Shown: positions 1 through 11,977 of the stretch, piece after piece | How positions within the stretch are numbered: position 1 is the stretch's first letter | Layout: each line of letters opens with the position of its first letter | From: Camelus ferus | Lineage: Eukaryota | Direction of reading: 5' to 3' | NCBI RefSeq assembly: GCF_009834535.1 | Contig: NC_045696.1 | Span: forward strand, 5,892,001 to 5,956,000 | Length of the DNA: 64,000 nt | The notes under the pieces: model-generated | Databases searched by the model: none | Seen by the model: the letters and a program-made list of their open reading frames with translations, nothing else | Told to the model about the DNA's origin: nothing | Position numbers and translations under genes: made by a program

Positions 1-677
1 TGCCCCAGTGCCAGCTCGTGGCTACACAGCCCAACAAGTGTTTCTCTCAGTTCTTACAGACAGAACCCTCTGTGCAATCTGGCCGATGGCTTGTGGACCA
101 GAAGGGGACTTCTGGGAACTGAGGTGGCAGTGGGCAGGGAGGGGGACCAGTCTAGCTGTAGAGCCCAGAGAGCCCAAAGGGCACAGCTGCCGTGGCCCAG
201 GGGGCCTGGACAGAGAAGAAAGGCCTTGTAGTGCCCACCATTTTGGAAAGTTTCTACACCTTAAATTGGAGGAAACATTAGAGACCTGGGGCGGGAGCTT
301 GCTTACGGGAAGAAGGAACATTGGTGAGTTTCAGTTGCTGTTTCAAAATTTAGAGCACCGAATTTAAAGCAGAACAGGAGGTTAGGCCAGATAATTGAAC
401 CCCAGCCAAGAAGCTGGAGCCAGGGAGGGCCGTGTCAACTCTGGGAGGTCAACAATGGTGCCACTGTCAGCACGAGCTACCAGAGGCAGGCCTGGTGGTC
501 CCTCCTTGGCAGCCCCACCTAGTGTTTAAGGCCAAGGGTTGGAGGAGGATGTGATTTCATGCTGAGAGGAAAGAAGGGGATGAAGAGGATAAGATCTCTC
601 CAGAAAAGATCAACCCGAAAGTGCCAAGGATTATGGAGCCCCAGACTGTGTTCCAGTGGCTAAACCTCTGACTCAGA

Positions 678-712
678 CTCCCAGATTCAGCAAATAAAAA
701 TGCAGGATGCCC
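678..712. mobile_element. MER53 (palindromic hAT-like MITE), left part, split by an L1 insertion
   Basis: ccagattcagcaaataaaaatgcaggatgccc matches the MER53 left end; the element resumes at 1942. Confidence 0.8.
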
Positions 713-1946
713 GGAAAAATGGTGCTAGGACAGCTGAATATCCACACACTGAAGTATGAAGTTGGAGTCCTTCTTTATGTCATATACGAAACTTGATCAT
801 AGACCTAAATGTAAGCGCTAAATCCATAAAACTCTTGCAAGAAAACAAAGGGTAAATCTTTGTGACCTCGGGTCAGGCAATGCCTTCTTAGATACGATAC
901 CAAAAGTGTAAGCAACAAAAGACAAAATAGGTAATTAGACTTCATCAAAATGTTAAAGGTTTGTATTTCAAAGGATACAGTCAAGACAGTGGACAACTCA
1001 CAGAATGGGAGAAAGTATTTTCTGGTATTCAGAATACATAGGGGACTCTTAAACTCAGTACTAAAAAGATAAACAACCCAAATGAAAAATAGGCAAAGAA
1101 TCTGAATGGATATATCTTCAAAGAAGATACACAAATGTCCAGGAAGCATATGAAAAGATGCTTGTTAACTGTTAGGGAAATGCAAATCCAAACCACAGTG
1201 AGACAGCACTTCATATCCACCAAGATGGCTCTAATTAAAAACCCCAGAAACTAATGAGTAGTAGAGATGTGGGACAATTGGAACCCTGTGTATTGCTGGT
1301 GGGAACATAAAAGAAAAGCTTAGCTGCAATGGAAAATGGTTTGGCAATTTCTCAAACTGTTACACATATAGTTACCATGTGACCCAGTAATTCCACTCCT
1401 AGGTACAAACCCAAGAGAAATAAAAATTTATATGCACACAAAAACGGATACACAAATGTTCCCTGCAGCTCTATTCACAATTGCTCAAAAGTAGAAACAG
1501 CTCAATGTCTTTCAGCTTATACTTGGATAAGTAAAATGTATTATATTCCTACAATGGAATATTACTTGGCAGTAAAAAAGAACGAGGTATTGACACGTAT
1601 TACAACATGGATGAAACTTGAAGAAAATTATGCTAAGTGGAGTATGCCAGTTCTAAAAGACCTCATTGTAAGATTCCATTTATACAAAATGTCCAGAATA
1701 GGCAAATTTGTAGAGATAGAAAGTAGACTAGTGGGTGTCAGGGGCTGGGGAAAGGGGCTGGGTGTGGGGGATGGAGAGTGACCACTAATGGGTTTGGGGT
1801 TTCTCTTTGGGGTGATAAAAATGTCCTAAAATTGATTGTGGTGATGGTTGCACAACTCTGTGAATATTCAAAAAAATCATTGAATTATACTCTAAACGGG
1901 TGAATTGTATGGTATATAAATTATACCTCATTAAAACTGTTAAAAA
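713..1946 (+). mobile_element. L1MB-type LINE-1, 5'-truncated (end of ORF2 plus 3'UTR), decayed
   Basis: ORF2 C-terminal remnant (ORF 1536-1781, TMEYYLAVKKNE...TWMKLE); L1MB-type 3'UTR (ggggtgataaaaatgtcctaaaattgattgtggtgatggttgcacaactctgtgaat); 17-bp TSD aaaaatgcaggatgccc (696-712) / aaaaatacagaatgccc (1942-1958). Confidence 0.9.
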
Positions 1947-2102
1947 TACAGAATGCCCAGTTAGATTTGAATTTCAGATAAATCATGATTAATTTTTAGT
2001 ATATTGCATGCAATTTGGGGGATATACTTATACTCAAAAATTCATCATGATTTATCTGAAATTCAAGTTTAAGTGGACGTCCTGTATTATATCTGGCAAC
2101 CT
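1942..2102. mobile_element. MER53, main palindromic part
   Basis: Inverted arms ttgaatttcagataaa.../...tttatctgaaattcaa; ends atctggcaacct. Confidence 0.88.
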
Positions 2103-3338
2103 CACACTTGAGTGCTCTGCAGTCATGTGAGAATAACTTAGAGAATTATTAAAGCGAGGAGGGTCACTATTTTTCAATCCCCTGAGGCTACCTGGAACCA
2201 AAGTCCAAGTCAGCCTGGAGACTCCTGATCTCATAGCCCAGAGGGGGTTCTGGCTCTCAGAACGCCCTGCCTTAGGAGGCTTCCCCAGTTGCTTCCAAAC
2301 AGCTTGTCATCTCTTGTGCCGGCCAGGAAGGGTTTTTTCTGGAAGCTCTTGGAGTTCTTACTGTGGCTGAGCCAGACGAACTGGTTATGTGGGAAACACC
2401 TTGATTCTTTCCGGCATCTCGTCCTGAAATACAAATGCATCTTTCCCCACGCCCACTGGGAAGAATCTGTGAGAGATCTTCCTCCCGAAGCAGTGGATGC
2501 GCCAAGATGGACGCTCTCTCATCCTGCAGCTTCTCAGATGGGCTCTCCGTCCTCCCCGCTGAGCCTGGAAGTCGGAGCAAACCTCTCTGTCATGAGATCA
2601 AGATGCTGAACTTGCAGTGGGACCTCTGCTCTCAAGAGGAAACTCTCTCCCACTTGAAAACATGTGTTCTGAGTGAGGAACCATGTGGCGGGCTGATCCA
2701 AGCCCTTTCCACGTCTGTCTTCTAAGTCTCACACTGGTCCCGTGTTAGTTAAGGTCATGCAGCTGGAAAGTGCTGGAAACTGAAATCGATCCCAAAGCCC
2801 GTGGTCTTAACGGCTGTTCTTTACGGCCGTTCGTTTTTCAAAACTCAGCTCTGATTCCTGTTATCTCTGGAAGCATCTCCAGCCTGGGAGCCATCCGTAT
2901 CAGTGGCTGCCTCCTGGTTCCTCTGCACGGTCCTTACTGTCAGGCCAGGCGCTCCATGAATCCCTGGAGGCTTAGCTATGAAAGCATGATGTCATGCGCA
3001 GTCCCTGTGAGTGTGATGCACTGAGGAAAATGACTTCTGCTCTGCTAGGGAACCAAGATACTAAAGGAAGACTTTAATCCATTTCACAGCTGGGAGCGAC
3101 TCTTATTGTTCTATGGTTCCTGTCTTTCATTGATTTCTGCTTCAATATTCTTTGAGGAATATCTTAATTCTACAGTGTTCTGAGCGAGGGACAGATTTAG
3201 TTGACATGGCTGACACTGACACTGAAAACTTCTGCTGATTCCTGAACTGCGAAAAGACATCTTTGAGCCCAGCAGAGCAAAATTCCAAGTTGTCCTTTGT
3301 TCTTCCAAATGTGTCTGCACCAATAGAATTCTATTGAT

Positions 3339-3500
3339 CACATTAAAATGAAGAATTTCTGTTCAGTAAAGGAGACAAGGCAGACACGCAGGTGTCACAC
3401 TGGGAGAAAATATTTGTAACATCCAAGACTGATAGAAGATGAAAACAGAGATTCAATGATACAAAAAAATTCTTGGACATCGCTGAGAAAAAGATTGACT
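3339..3500 (+). mobile_element. Ancient L1M ORF2 fragment
   Basis: cacattaaaatgaagaatttctgttcagtaaagg...tgggagaaaatatttgtaac resembles L1 ORF2 (IKIKNFCS...WEKIF). Confidence 0.5.
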
Positions 3501-3659
3501 CTATCTTATGAACTCTTATTCTTGCTTCTTGATTTAATGGTAGAAAAAATTTAATAGTAGAAAATATTTAAGCCAGGAAAGACCTGAGTCTTAGTTCACA
3601 ATGTTGTGACTGAAAATAGCCGAAATTTTAATATTATGTTCTCTAATTTATACACTGAT

Positions 3660-4170
3660 GCAGAGAGGCAGCATGCTCTGGTAGAAAGACCAAGTTTTGG
3701 TCTGAATATGTCTCCCAAACTTCATATGTTGAAGCCCTGACCACTGGTGTAGCTGTATTAGAACTGGCTCTAGGGAATTAATTAAGGTTAAACAGGATCA
3801 TAAGAGTGGGACCCTCTCCAAGAAGATTAGTGTCCTTGTAAGAAGAGACACCAGAGAGCTCAGCTGTCTGCAAGCCAGAAGAGAGCTCTCAACAGAAACC
3901 CACCACGTGGCACCTTGATCATGGACTTCTTCCCAGCCTCCAAAATTAGGAGAAAATAAATTTCTATCTTTCAAGCTGCCCAGTCTGTGCTATCTTGTTA
4001 TGGCAGCCTGAGAAGGTCTAATACTGACTAATAGTTTGGGATCAGACAAAATTAAGTTGGAGTTTTGGTTCTTCCACTTTGCTGGTTGACCTTGGACAAG
4101 TTATTTAATCTTTTTGAGCTTGATAAGTAACAAAGGATTAATGTACCTTGTTGGTAGGCTGTTGTTAGTT
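3660..4170 (+). mobile_element. MIR SINE interrupted by an MLT1A LTR
   Basis: MIR head gaggcagcatgctctggtagaaag (3664-3690); MIR core gaccttggacaagttatttaatct resumes after about 4035. Confidence 0.6.
3694..4033 (+). mobile_element. MLT1A-type MaLR solo LTR
   Basis: ggtctgaatatgtctcccaaacttcatatgttgaagccct ... gtccttgtaagaagagacacc ... aataaatttct ... ttgttatggcagcc. Confidence 0.85.
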
Positions 4171-4815
4171 AAAGATAACATTTGACACAGAATAGACACT
4201 CAGTAGGGTCTAATTCAATTGTAGTATATGCTCTAAGCCAGTTTTCTTTCCTAAAAACCAATCCTTGCCCAGCCCTTGAATTGTGAAATATTGAGTAGTT
4301 GGTAACTTGGAGGCTATATGTCATTGGACAAGGAAAAGGGGACACTTTTCTAAATTCAACATGTATTTCTGTATTTATTTTTTCATTGTAAGGGGTTGGC
4401 ACAGAATCCTCTTGGGAAGAAACCAGTTCACGCCACTATTAATGACCACACGAGTGGTCATTACTGTCTAAACTCCCCAGTGGACTCTGAGGACCTGGAA
4501 ACTTACAAACAGAATCAAACCCCTTTCCTTAGACTCAGCCAAGAGAAATGCATCTTTCCTCCAAGGAAAAATGCTTTTAAAAGAGCCTGAGTGTTTACTT
4601 ACTGTGGTGAGTGCTTTCATTACAGCCACACATAACCAATATTTAACTAGACACCAAATACTAATTCTAAAGTGAGTCCTTGTGAAGGTGTCAGGAACGC
4701 AGAGAATTAGACACTTAAATGTTGCTCCAGTATCCAGTTCCTGCAATTTTTGTGTGGACTGGGGGAGGTGGTATGTGGAGGGGTCTTTGCCAAAGTTGAT
4801 CTTACTGATGACAAG

Positions 4816-5743
4816 TATTTTTTGTTGTTGTTGAAGTATAGTTGATTTACTTCAGTAAGTGTTAGTTTCTGGTGTACAGAAAAGTGACTTGTTTATAGAG
4901 ACACATACATATCCTTTTTCATATTCTTTCCCAGTATGGTTTATTACAGGCTTATTATGGTTTATTGAGTACAGTTCCCTGTGCTATATAGCAGGGGCCC
5001 ACTACTTGTTTATCTAGTTTATGTATAGTAGTTTTTATCTGCCAATCCCAAATTCCTATTTTATCCTTCCCCTACTCCTTTCCCCTTTGGTAACCATAAG
5101 TCTGTTTTCTATGTCTGTGAGTCTGTTTCTGTTTCATAAATAAATTCATTTGTACTATTTTTTAGATTCCACATAAAAGTGATATCATATGGTACTTGTC
5201 TTCCTCTTTCTGACTTATTTCACATAGTATGATAATCTCTAGGTCTATCTGTGTTGCTGCAAATGGCACGATTTCATTCTTCTTTATGGCTGAGTAATAT
5301 TCCGCTGTGTATATATACCACATCTTCTTTATCCAATCATCTGTCGGTGGTCACTTAGGCTGCTTCCTTGTCTTGGCTATTGTAAATAGTGCTGCAATGG
5401 ACATTGGGATGCATGTATCTTTTAAATTAGAATTTCATCCAGATATATGCCCATGAGTGGGATTGCTAGATCATAGGGTAAGTCTTTTTCAGTTTTTTAA
5501 GGAACCACCATGCTATTCTCCATAGCAGCTGCACAAAACTACATTCCCACCAACAGTATAGGAGGGTTCCCTTTTCTTCACACCCTCTCCAGCATTTGTT
5601 ATTTGTAGACTTTTTAATGATGGCCGTTCTGACCGGTGTGAGGTGGTATCTCGTAGTTTCAATTTGCGTTTCTCTAATAATTAGCGATGTTGAGCATCTT
5701 GTAATGTGTCTTTTGGCCATCTGTGTGTCTGCTTGGAGAAATG
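4816..5743 (-). mobile_element. Cetartiodactyl-type L1 3' end, 5'-truncated
   Basis: ORF 5466-5720(-) is an L1 ORF2 remnant ([37 protein letters not shown]); the T-rich tail precedes ttgaagtatagttgatttac; TSD core ctgatgaca at 4805-4813 and 5744-5752. Confidence 0.93.
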
Positions 5744-6963
5744 CTGATGACAGATCTTACAGCTAATCTCAAAGTTGCTTCTGCAAATGTTTGAACAGCT
5801 GTCATTCATCATTCCAAAAATCCTTGGATTTAGCATTTCTGTTGAGCCTGCATTTTTGTGTGCTTGGTGCAGTCACCGCTTTCTAGGATTCCAAGCGTGG
5901 TACCATGTTCTGATGCCCTAATTATCAACTTAGTGGATGAACATGTGGGAAGAGTCCAGAAAGTCCTTCGTGATTTTGGTAATTTGGATTCCAGCAGGGC
6001 AAAATGTGAAACTAGGGAATTTATGTCACCCTTTTAAGCTATAGAATAAATAACACTGACACTTGAGCCATCAGAAAGTTGAAACAACCCATGATGAACC
6101 TAGTTTAAGTGAAGATAAGCTTCATTTCTTTTCTTCCTCGGAAGTACCAGCCTTTGCCCTTGGCTGTGCTCCTCGTCTTTAGCTGTGGAGACTTTTGTTC
6201 AGTGCTCAATATTACAGGCTCCCCCTCACTCCTGGAAGGCCATGTGAATTGCAGATGTCTTGAGCCATTGGCCACTGGGGATTCCGAAATTTACTATGTC
6301 GTTGCCACAGGCTTTTCTAACCCCTGTTCTAGACTAATGGACTTCATGGGCAATTAAACTAGGAGTGGAGAAAGTGGTCAGTAAGAAAATACCCTGAGGA
6401 ATTAAAAACATTTATGTCACCTCTGTGAATTGCCTATCTGTTCATTAAGGACGCTCAGTGTGTTGTTCTTTTAGAATCTCTTGGACAGAGTGGTGCAAAC
6501 AACCTGGCCTAACATGGCTCCTGGGGGTCCTGGCGTTGGTTCTGATCCTGAAAAAACACAAGGACTGAAATAGCTAGGAGGTGCCCGGCTTTCTGTGGCA
6601 GGTGACAAAGAGCCTCGTTCAAGAATCCACATGGGGAGGCTAGCCCAGGAGAGAATTTCTTGCAATTATACATTTCTTCTTAAAGAGATTTATATTTTGT
6701 TTATATAAAAAGATTTACAAAATTGATTATCTGAACAACTGAAAGCAAAATTCTTCTCAAGGAGGAAATCTTCATAATATTCGGAAAACACGATGAAAGC
6801 TTGGGATGGGAGAAAGATCCCCCTGCTTTGTCAGAGACAAGAAGAGGAGGAAGAGAAAGGAGGGGGAGGAGAGAGAGGTCAGGGGATGGAGGTGATGGTG
6901 CTGTGGGGGTTGTGGGTGGGCTGGGACAGGAGCTGAAAGGACCATTAAGAATGGAAAAGCCTT

Positions 6964-7786
6964 TGAGGTATCAACTCACACTGGCAAGAATGGCCACCAT
7001 CAAGACGTCTACAAATAAATTCTGGAGAGGAGAAAAGGGAACCCTCCTACACTGTTGGTGGGAATGTAGTTTGGCACAGCCGTTGTGGAGAACAGTATGG
7101 AAGCTCCTCAAAAAAAACCCCCCTGAAAATAGAGTAACCATATGATCCAGCAACCCTACTCTTGGGCACATATCTGGAGGAAATTCTAATTTGAAAAGAC
7201 ACATGCACCCCAATATTCATAGCAGCACAGTTACAATAGCCAAGACATGGAGGCAACCTAAGTGTCCACCGATAGATGAATGGATAAAGAAGGTATATAT
7301 ACACAATGGAATTCTACTCAGCTGTAAGAAGAATGAAATTATGCCATTTGCAGCAACATGGATGAACATGGAGATTATTATACTAAGTGAAGTCAGTCAG
7401 ACAGAGAAAGACAAATATGATATGATATCACTTATATGTAGAATCTTTAAAAAAATGATACAAATGAACTTACTTATGAAACAGAAACAGACCCACAGAC
7501 ATAGAAAACAAACTTACAGTTGCCAGGGGGGAAAGGGGGTGGAGAGGGACAAATTGGGAGTTTGGGGTTAGCAGATACTAACCACTATATATAAAATAGA
7601 GAAACAGCCAGGTCCTACTGTATAGCACAAGGAACTGTGTTCAATATCTCATAATAAACTAAAAATGGAAAAGAGGTAAAAAAGAATATAGATATATACA
7701 GTATGTATTTATAACCAAGTCGCTTTGCTGTACACCTGAAACTAATACAGTATTGTAAATCAACCATACTTAAAAAAAAAAAAAAA
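6964..7786 (+). mobile_element. Cetartiodactyl-type L1 3' end with poly(A) tail
   Basis: ORF2 remnant (IAKTWRQPKCP...KKNEIMPFAATWMNME); poly(A) at 7772-7786; 17-bp TSD aagaatggaaaagcctt (6947-6963) / aagaatagaaaagactt (7785-7801) at a TT/AAGA site. Confidence 0.94.
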
Positions 7787-7898
7787 GAATAGAAAAGACT
7801 TATGTGTAACTGGAGATAGCTTCCATGTCTTCAGTGTGGACCGTCTTCTCTCTCTGGCCACCAAGCTGCAGTAAAGCCAGCCACCCTAATGACTGCTC

Positions 7899-8050
7899 TG
7901 TGTGAGGTGGTTTTGTGAGCATGTACGTGTCCTCACACGTGTACACATGTGTTCACACCTGCACGCACGGATATCCATGCGTGCTTATGCCCAGGTGTGC
8001 ACACGTTTGCTGTGCCAGGCTCTTCACGTGTGCTTGCGTGTCTGCGTGCT
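7899..8050. repeat. Degenerate (TG/CA)n purine-pyrimidine alternating tract
   Basis: Runs such as catgtacgtgt, cacacgtgtacacatgtg and cacgtgtgcttgcgtg. Confidence 0.6.
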
Positions 8051-8180
8051 GGAGACCTGCTCCAGAATGAGTGGAGAGGACCTCACGCTGAGGTGGCTGA
8101 TGTGGAATTGGGGGTTCATGCTCACGTCGTCTAGGTCTGGGGGGTCGGGAGAACCCCACTTGACATCTGGCTACAGCTTT

Positions 8181-8560
8181 ATTTTTTCAGTTTTATTGAG
8201 GTACAGTTGACAAATAAAATTGTAATGTGTTTAAAGTGTATGACGTGGTGAGTTAATATATGTGCGCGTCGTGAAGGATTCCCACTGGCCCGTTAAATCC
8301 CACATCCCCAGCACCTCGCACATTTATTCATTTTGGGGGTGAGACCACTTCAGTTGCACTTGCAGCAGATTTCAATTCTATCACCCAGTATTCTAAAGGG
8401 CAGTCACCATGCTATGCAGTCGATCCTCAGACCTTGCTCATAAGTAAGTTTCTACCCTTTTCCAGCCTCGCACTCTTTCCCCCACGCCTCAGCCGCTGGC
8501 GGCCACCATTCTACTCTCTGTCCCTGTGAGCTTGACTTTTTTATTTTTTAGGTTCCACGT
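8181..8560 (-). mobile_element. L1MA-type (L1MA9-like) 3'UTR fragment
   Basis: ttttattgaggtacagttgacaaataaaattgta ... ccaccattctactctctg ... ttttaggttccac; TSD ggctacagcttt (8169-8180) / ggttacagcttt (8563-8574) followed by AA. Confidence 0.82.
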
Positions 8561-9519
8561 TGGGTTACAGCTTTAATAATGAGCATTTCTCACTTTTGTT
8601 CTGCATTTGCTCCAGCTGGATTTCAAGCCCTCACGCTCTTACCAGTCCCCTCAAGCGAAGGGCTGGGCTCAGAAGATGTGCAAGCCTGTGAATGGTTCCC
8701 TGCAGCAGATGCTAGAAGATTGGCCACTGACGTTGGTGTCTCTGGGTATAAGCTGTCACGCTGTGTTTCACAGCGGGAGTCAGGCTGCTGATGTCTCACC
8801 AGCCACGTCTCAACACTTCCTGGAGTGTCTCCATCGAGGCTACAAGGAGACCTTACACCACAAGCAAGATACTGGGATAAAGTGTGCTAAATGCTTACAG
8901 CGGTCCCTGGAAGACGGCAGGCACCAGTGAGGGGAATATGAAGGTTATTTCGGGTACTACTCTGATGACACCTGTTCCTTCCGCATGGGAAACACAAACT
9001 GGGTTTTCTTGGAAACTATGAACCGAGATGACCCCAACATACTGGGGCTCAGTGAGGTCTGTCCTGGGGAGAAAGGTACAGGTGTTCTTCCCAGGGGCTC
9101 TGAATTGAACAGCTCCATTAGAAGGACCCTCCCTAATGCCTTCAGCCACTGGACTTTGGAACGTACCTGCAGAGCCGTCCCTGGAGGTAGAGGCTCAGGA
9201 CAGGGGACCCTCGGGCCATTGCAAGGAAACGCCTGGCTCTTACATGTTGGCTCCTGCACTGCTTATTTTGCAATGTAAACATAACTTCATTATCAACTTT
9301 GACTCCAACTGGACTAAAGTTAAAAGGTAAGACCATACATTCAGTAGAAGAACACGTAGGAGGCTATCTTTGGCCTGAGAGATGGCAAAGGATCAGTAAG
9401 CAAAAATTTAAAAGTTTGTATCATCAGCAAAAAACATCGATGAAACACTGTGGCCCATGAGGGCTCTAAGAACAAAGCTGGATAATTTTGTAACAGCAAA
9501 CTGTTGACAGCTATACATT

Positions 9520-9870
9520 TGTCCCCTAAAAGATGACTGGTTAAATACCTGTGGGACATCGCTACATACAATGAAATGCAACAAAGTGTGGGCCTTCTAC
9601 GTACTGATGGAGACAGTTCCAAGAAAGAGTGTTAAATTAAAAAGGAGAGTACAGGATAGAGTCTATAATATGCTGCCCTTGGTGTGAAAGGGGTGTATAC
9701 ATTTGCTTGTATTTGCGTCATAATCTTTGAATATTATTAGACAGAGGATGATGTCTAAAACCATCTCCTAAGCGTGGAGGCCTGTTAGACGGGGCGGGAG
9801 GAAACCCTCTCATAGGTCTGCCTTCTCACACCCTTTGACACCATGTGCAAGTATTACCTATTCAAACATT
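9520..9870 (+). mobile_element. Ancient L1ME/L1MC-type 3' fragment
   Basis: gactggttaaatacctgtgggacatc ... tactgatgga ... ccatgtgcaagtattacctattcaaa. Confidence 0.5.
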
Positions 9871-10573
9871 AACTATGTCTAAAAATAATTTAAAAACAAA
9901 AATAAATTCCAGATGGAAAGCAACCCAAACCCCTTTCACTACAGCCCCTGGATTTTTCTAGACAAGAAGTAGCCCCGCTGCAAACTGAGACAGTCCTGCT
10001 GCCGAGGTGGTTGACCTCTTAGTTTTAACGGGCGTCAGACTTACTGACGGCGTAACTGGGCTGAACGCAGAAAGGCCTGCGAGGAGATCGCTGAGGTCGG
10101 CTCAGCAAAGCCGGCCTTTACTGATCCACATCGCGTCTCATTGACTTGGCTCTTAGGAAACGAACACACAGACCAATGCTCAGAACTGCTGGATCAAGGG
10201 TGGAATTTTAACAGTTTTCTTTGGATGGGTTTCAGCAGGCTGTGAACATTCTTGGAGCGAGGGCCTGAGTGTGCAAATCCATTCCGTTGGATCTCAAGGC
10301 ACCCCTGGCTGAGTCACCTGAGCAGGAAGGAGGTGGGGCGGAGGGAAGCCAGGCACTTAGCCCCCTGGGGTGGCAGGGAGGCTGTGTCTCTGGGGAGGCT
10401 CTCATACTGTCACAGAGTGAAGAGATGTCAGAGTTCTAGTGTAATTAATGAGGAGACAAATGTTTGAAATATTCCCTCGTGCACTTCCCTTTTCTCAAAT
10501 ATTCCCACTGTGCAGAAGTGATGGTCCAGTGCCGGCCAATAGCAAACTCACCCGGTTAAGTCCAAGCCACCTC

Positions 10574-10738
10574 AGCCGGCCCCGGCTTTCTGGGTGACCC
10601 ACCTGTGCAGAGTCCCATCTGTGTGCTGCACTCAGAAGAACTCCGCTCCTGTTTACTATTCTGTCATAATTTCTAGCTTTTTAAAATGGGGACCTCACAT
10701 TCTCATCTTGCAATGAGCCCCCAAATTATGTTGCCACC
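10574..10738. mobile_element. MER91A-like hAT-Tip100 MITE
   Basis: ggccccggctttctgggtg..acctgtgcag ... cacattctcatcttgcaatgagcccccaaattatgttgcc. Confidence 0.7.
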
Positions 10739-11419
10739 TTACACTTAACCCGTTGTACCTGGAACCATGAATTCCATGACAGCTTTTTTAAAAAAATTAA
10801 ATTTATCAGATTCAACATGCTTTAAAACAGAGCTCGGCTTTTCCTGAACTTTATTTCACTTTAAATGCACTCTCTAGATTAGTTTTCTATAAAAGTCCAT
10901 CTGCCTACTCAGGAGTAGTTTTCTAAAATAATCCCTGATAATTAGCTCATCATTTTTCCTGGAATGAGATGTTTGTTGTTAGGACAGGAGGGACCGGGAA
11001 CCGGAGAAACAGAGCCCCATCTAAGGTAAATGAAACTGGGCACCAGTTGAGTTATTTTATTTTAGGCACCAAGTGTTTAAACAGCTTTGTCATTGTAGGT
11101 GGATGTGTGTTTAGGTTTTGAACTGAAATAGAAACTTCAATGTGATCTATTGAGCTACCAGGGAAAATATCCTATTTTTCTTGGAATGTGTGAAGAGGTT
11201 TAATTTCAAAGATCATATTGGGCCCCTGAAAGTAGTTCATAAATAGTTTTGAAAATGTGATGCCATGTTCCACTGCAGGATTAGCCCTCAATTTAACTGA
11301 GAATATATTAAAAAATGAGTACTTCTATTTAAGCAGGAATGGCTGGACACTTCCTGGGTGTGTCGGGAACAATTGTGCTGAGAGTTAGGGTTTTAACTCA
11401 ATCATTTAAGAAAAACTTA

Positions 11420-11977
11420 TGGAAGAAAGCTAAATGTCCATCAACAGGTGACTAGATAAGGAGGTTGTGGTATATTTATACAACGGAATACTACTCAGCC
11501 ATAAAAAAGAATAAAATAATGCCATTTGCTGCAACATGGATGGACCTGGAGATCGTCACTCTAAGTGAAGTCAGCTAGAAAGAGAAAGAGAAATGCCATG
11601 TGATATCATTTATATGTGGAATCTTAAAAAAGTGACACAAAAGAACTTCTTTACAAAACAGAAACAGACTTGCAGATATAGAAAACACTTATGGTTACCA
11701 GGAGGGAAAGGAGGTGGGAAGGGATAAATTGGGAGTTTGAGATTTGCAGGTACTATTACATATGAAACAGATAAACAACAAGTTTCTACTGTATAGCATG
11801 TGAAACTCTATTCATTATCTTGTAATAACCTACAATGGAAAAGAATGTGAAAAAGGAATATATGTATGTATATGGACGACTGAAACATTATGCTGCACAC
11901 CAGAAACTGATGAAGCATTGTAAACTGAGTATACTTCAATAAAAAATAAAATAAAGAAAATAAGAAAAAAGAAAAAA
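11420..11977 (+). mobile_element. L1 3' end (camelid-type variant) with A-rich tail
   Basis: aaatgtccatcaacag ... gccatttgctgcaacatggatggacctggag ... tgtaaactgagtatacttcaataaaaaa. Confidence 0.92.

Noticed and set aside
318..332. Strong splice-donor-like sites on + (also about 17063, 19359, 36957 and 61261)
   Set aside because: I could not pair them with acceptors and open frames into a coherent gene model; a lncRNA cannot be excluded without RNA data.
5466..5720. ORF resembling a real protein (also 1536-1781, 7191-7571 and 29060-29266)
   Set aside because: These are frameshifted C-terminal remnants of L1 ORF2 in truncated elements, not host genes.
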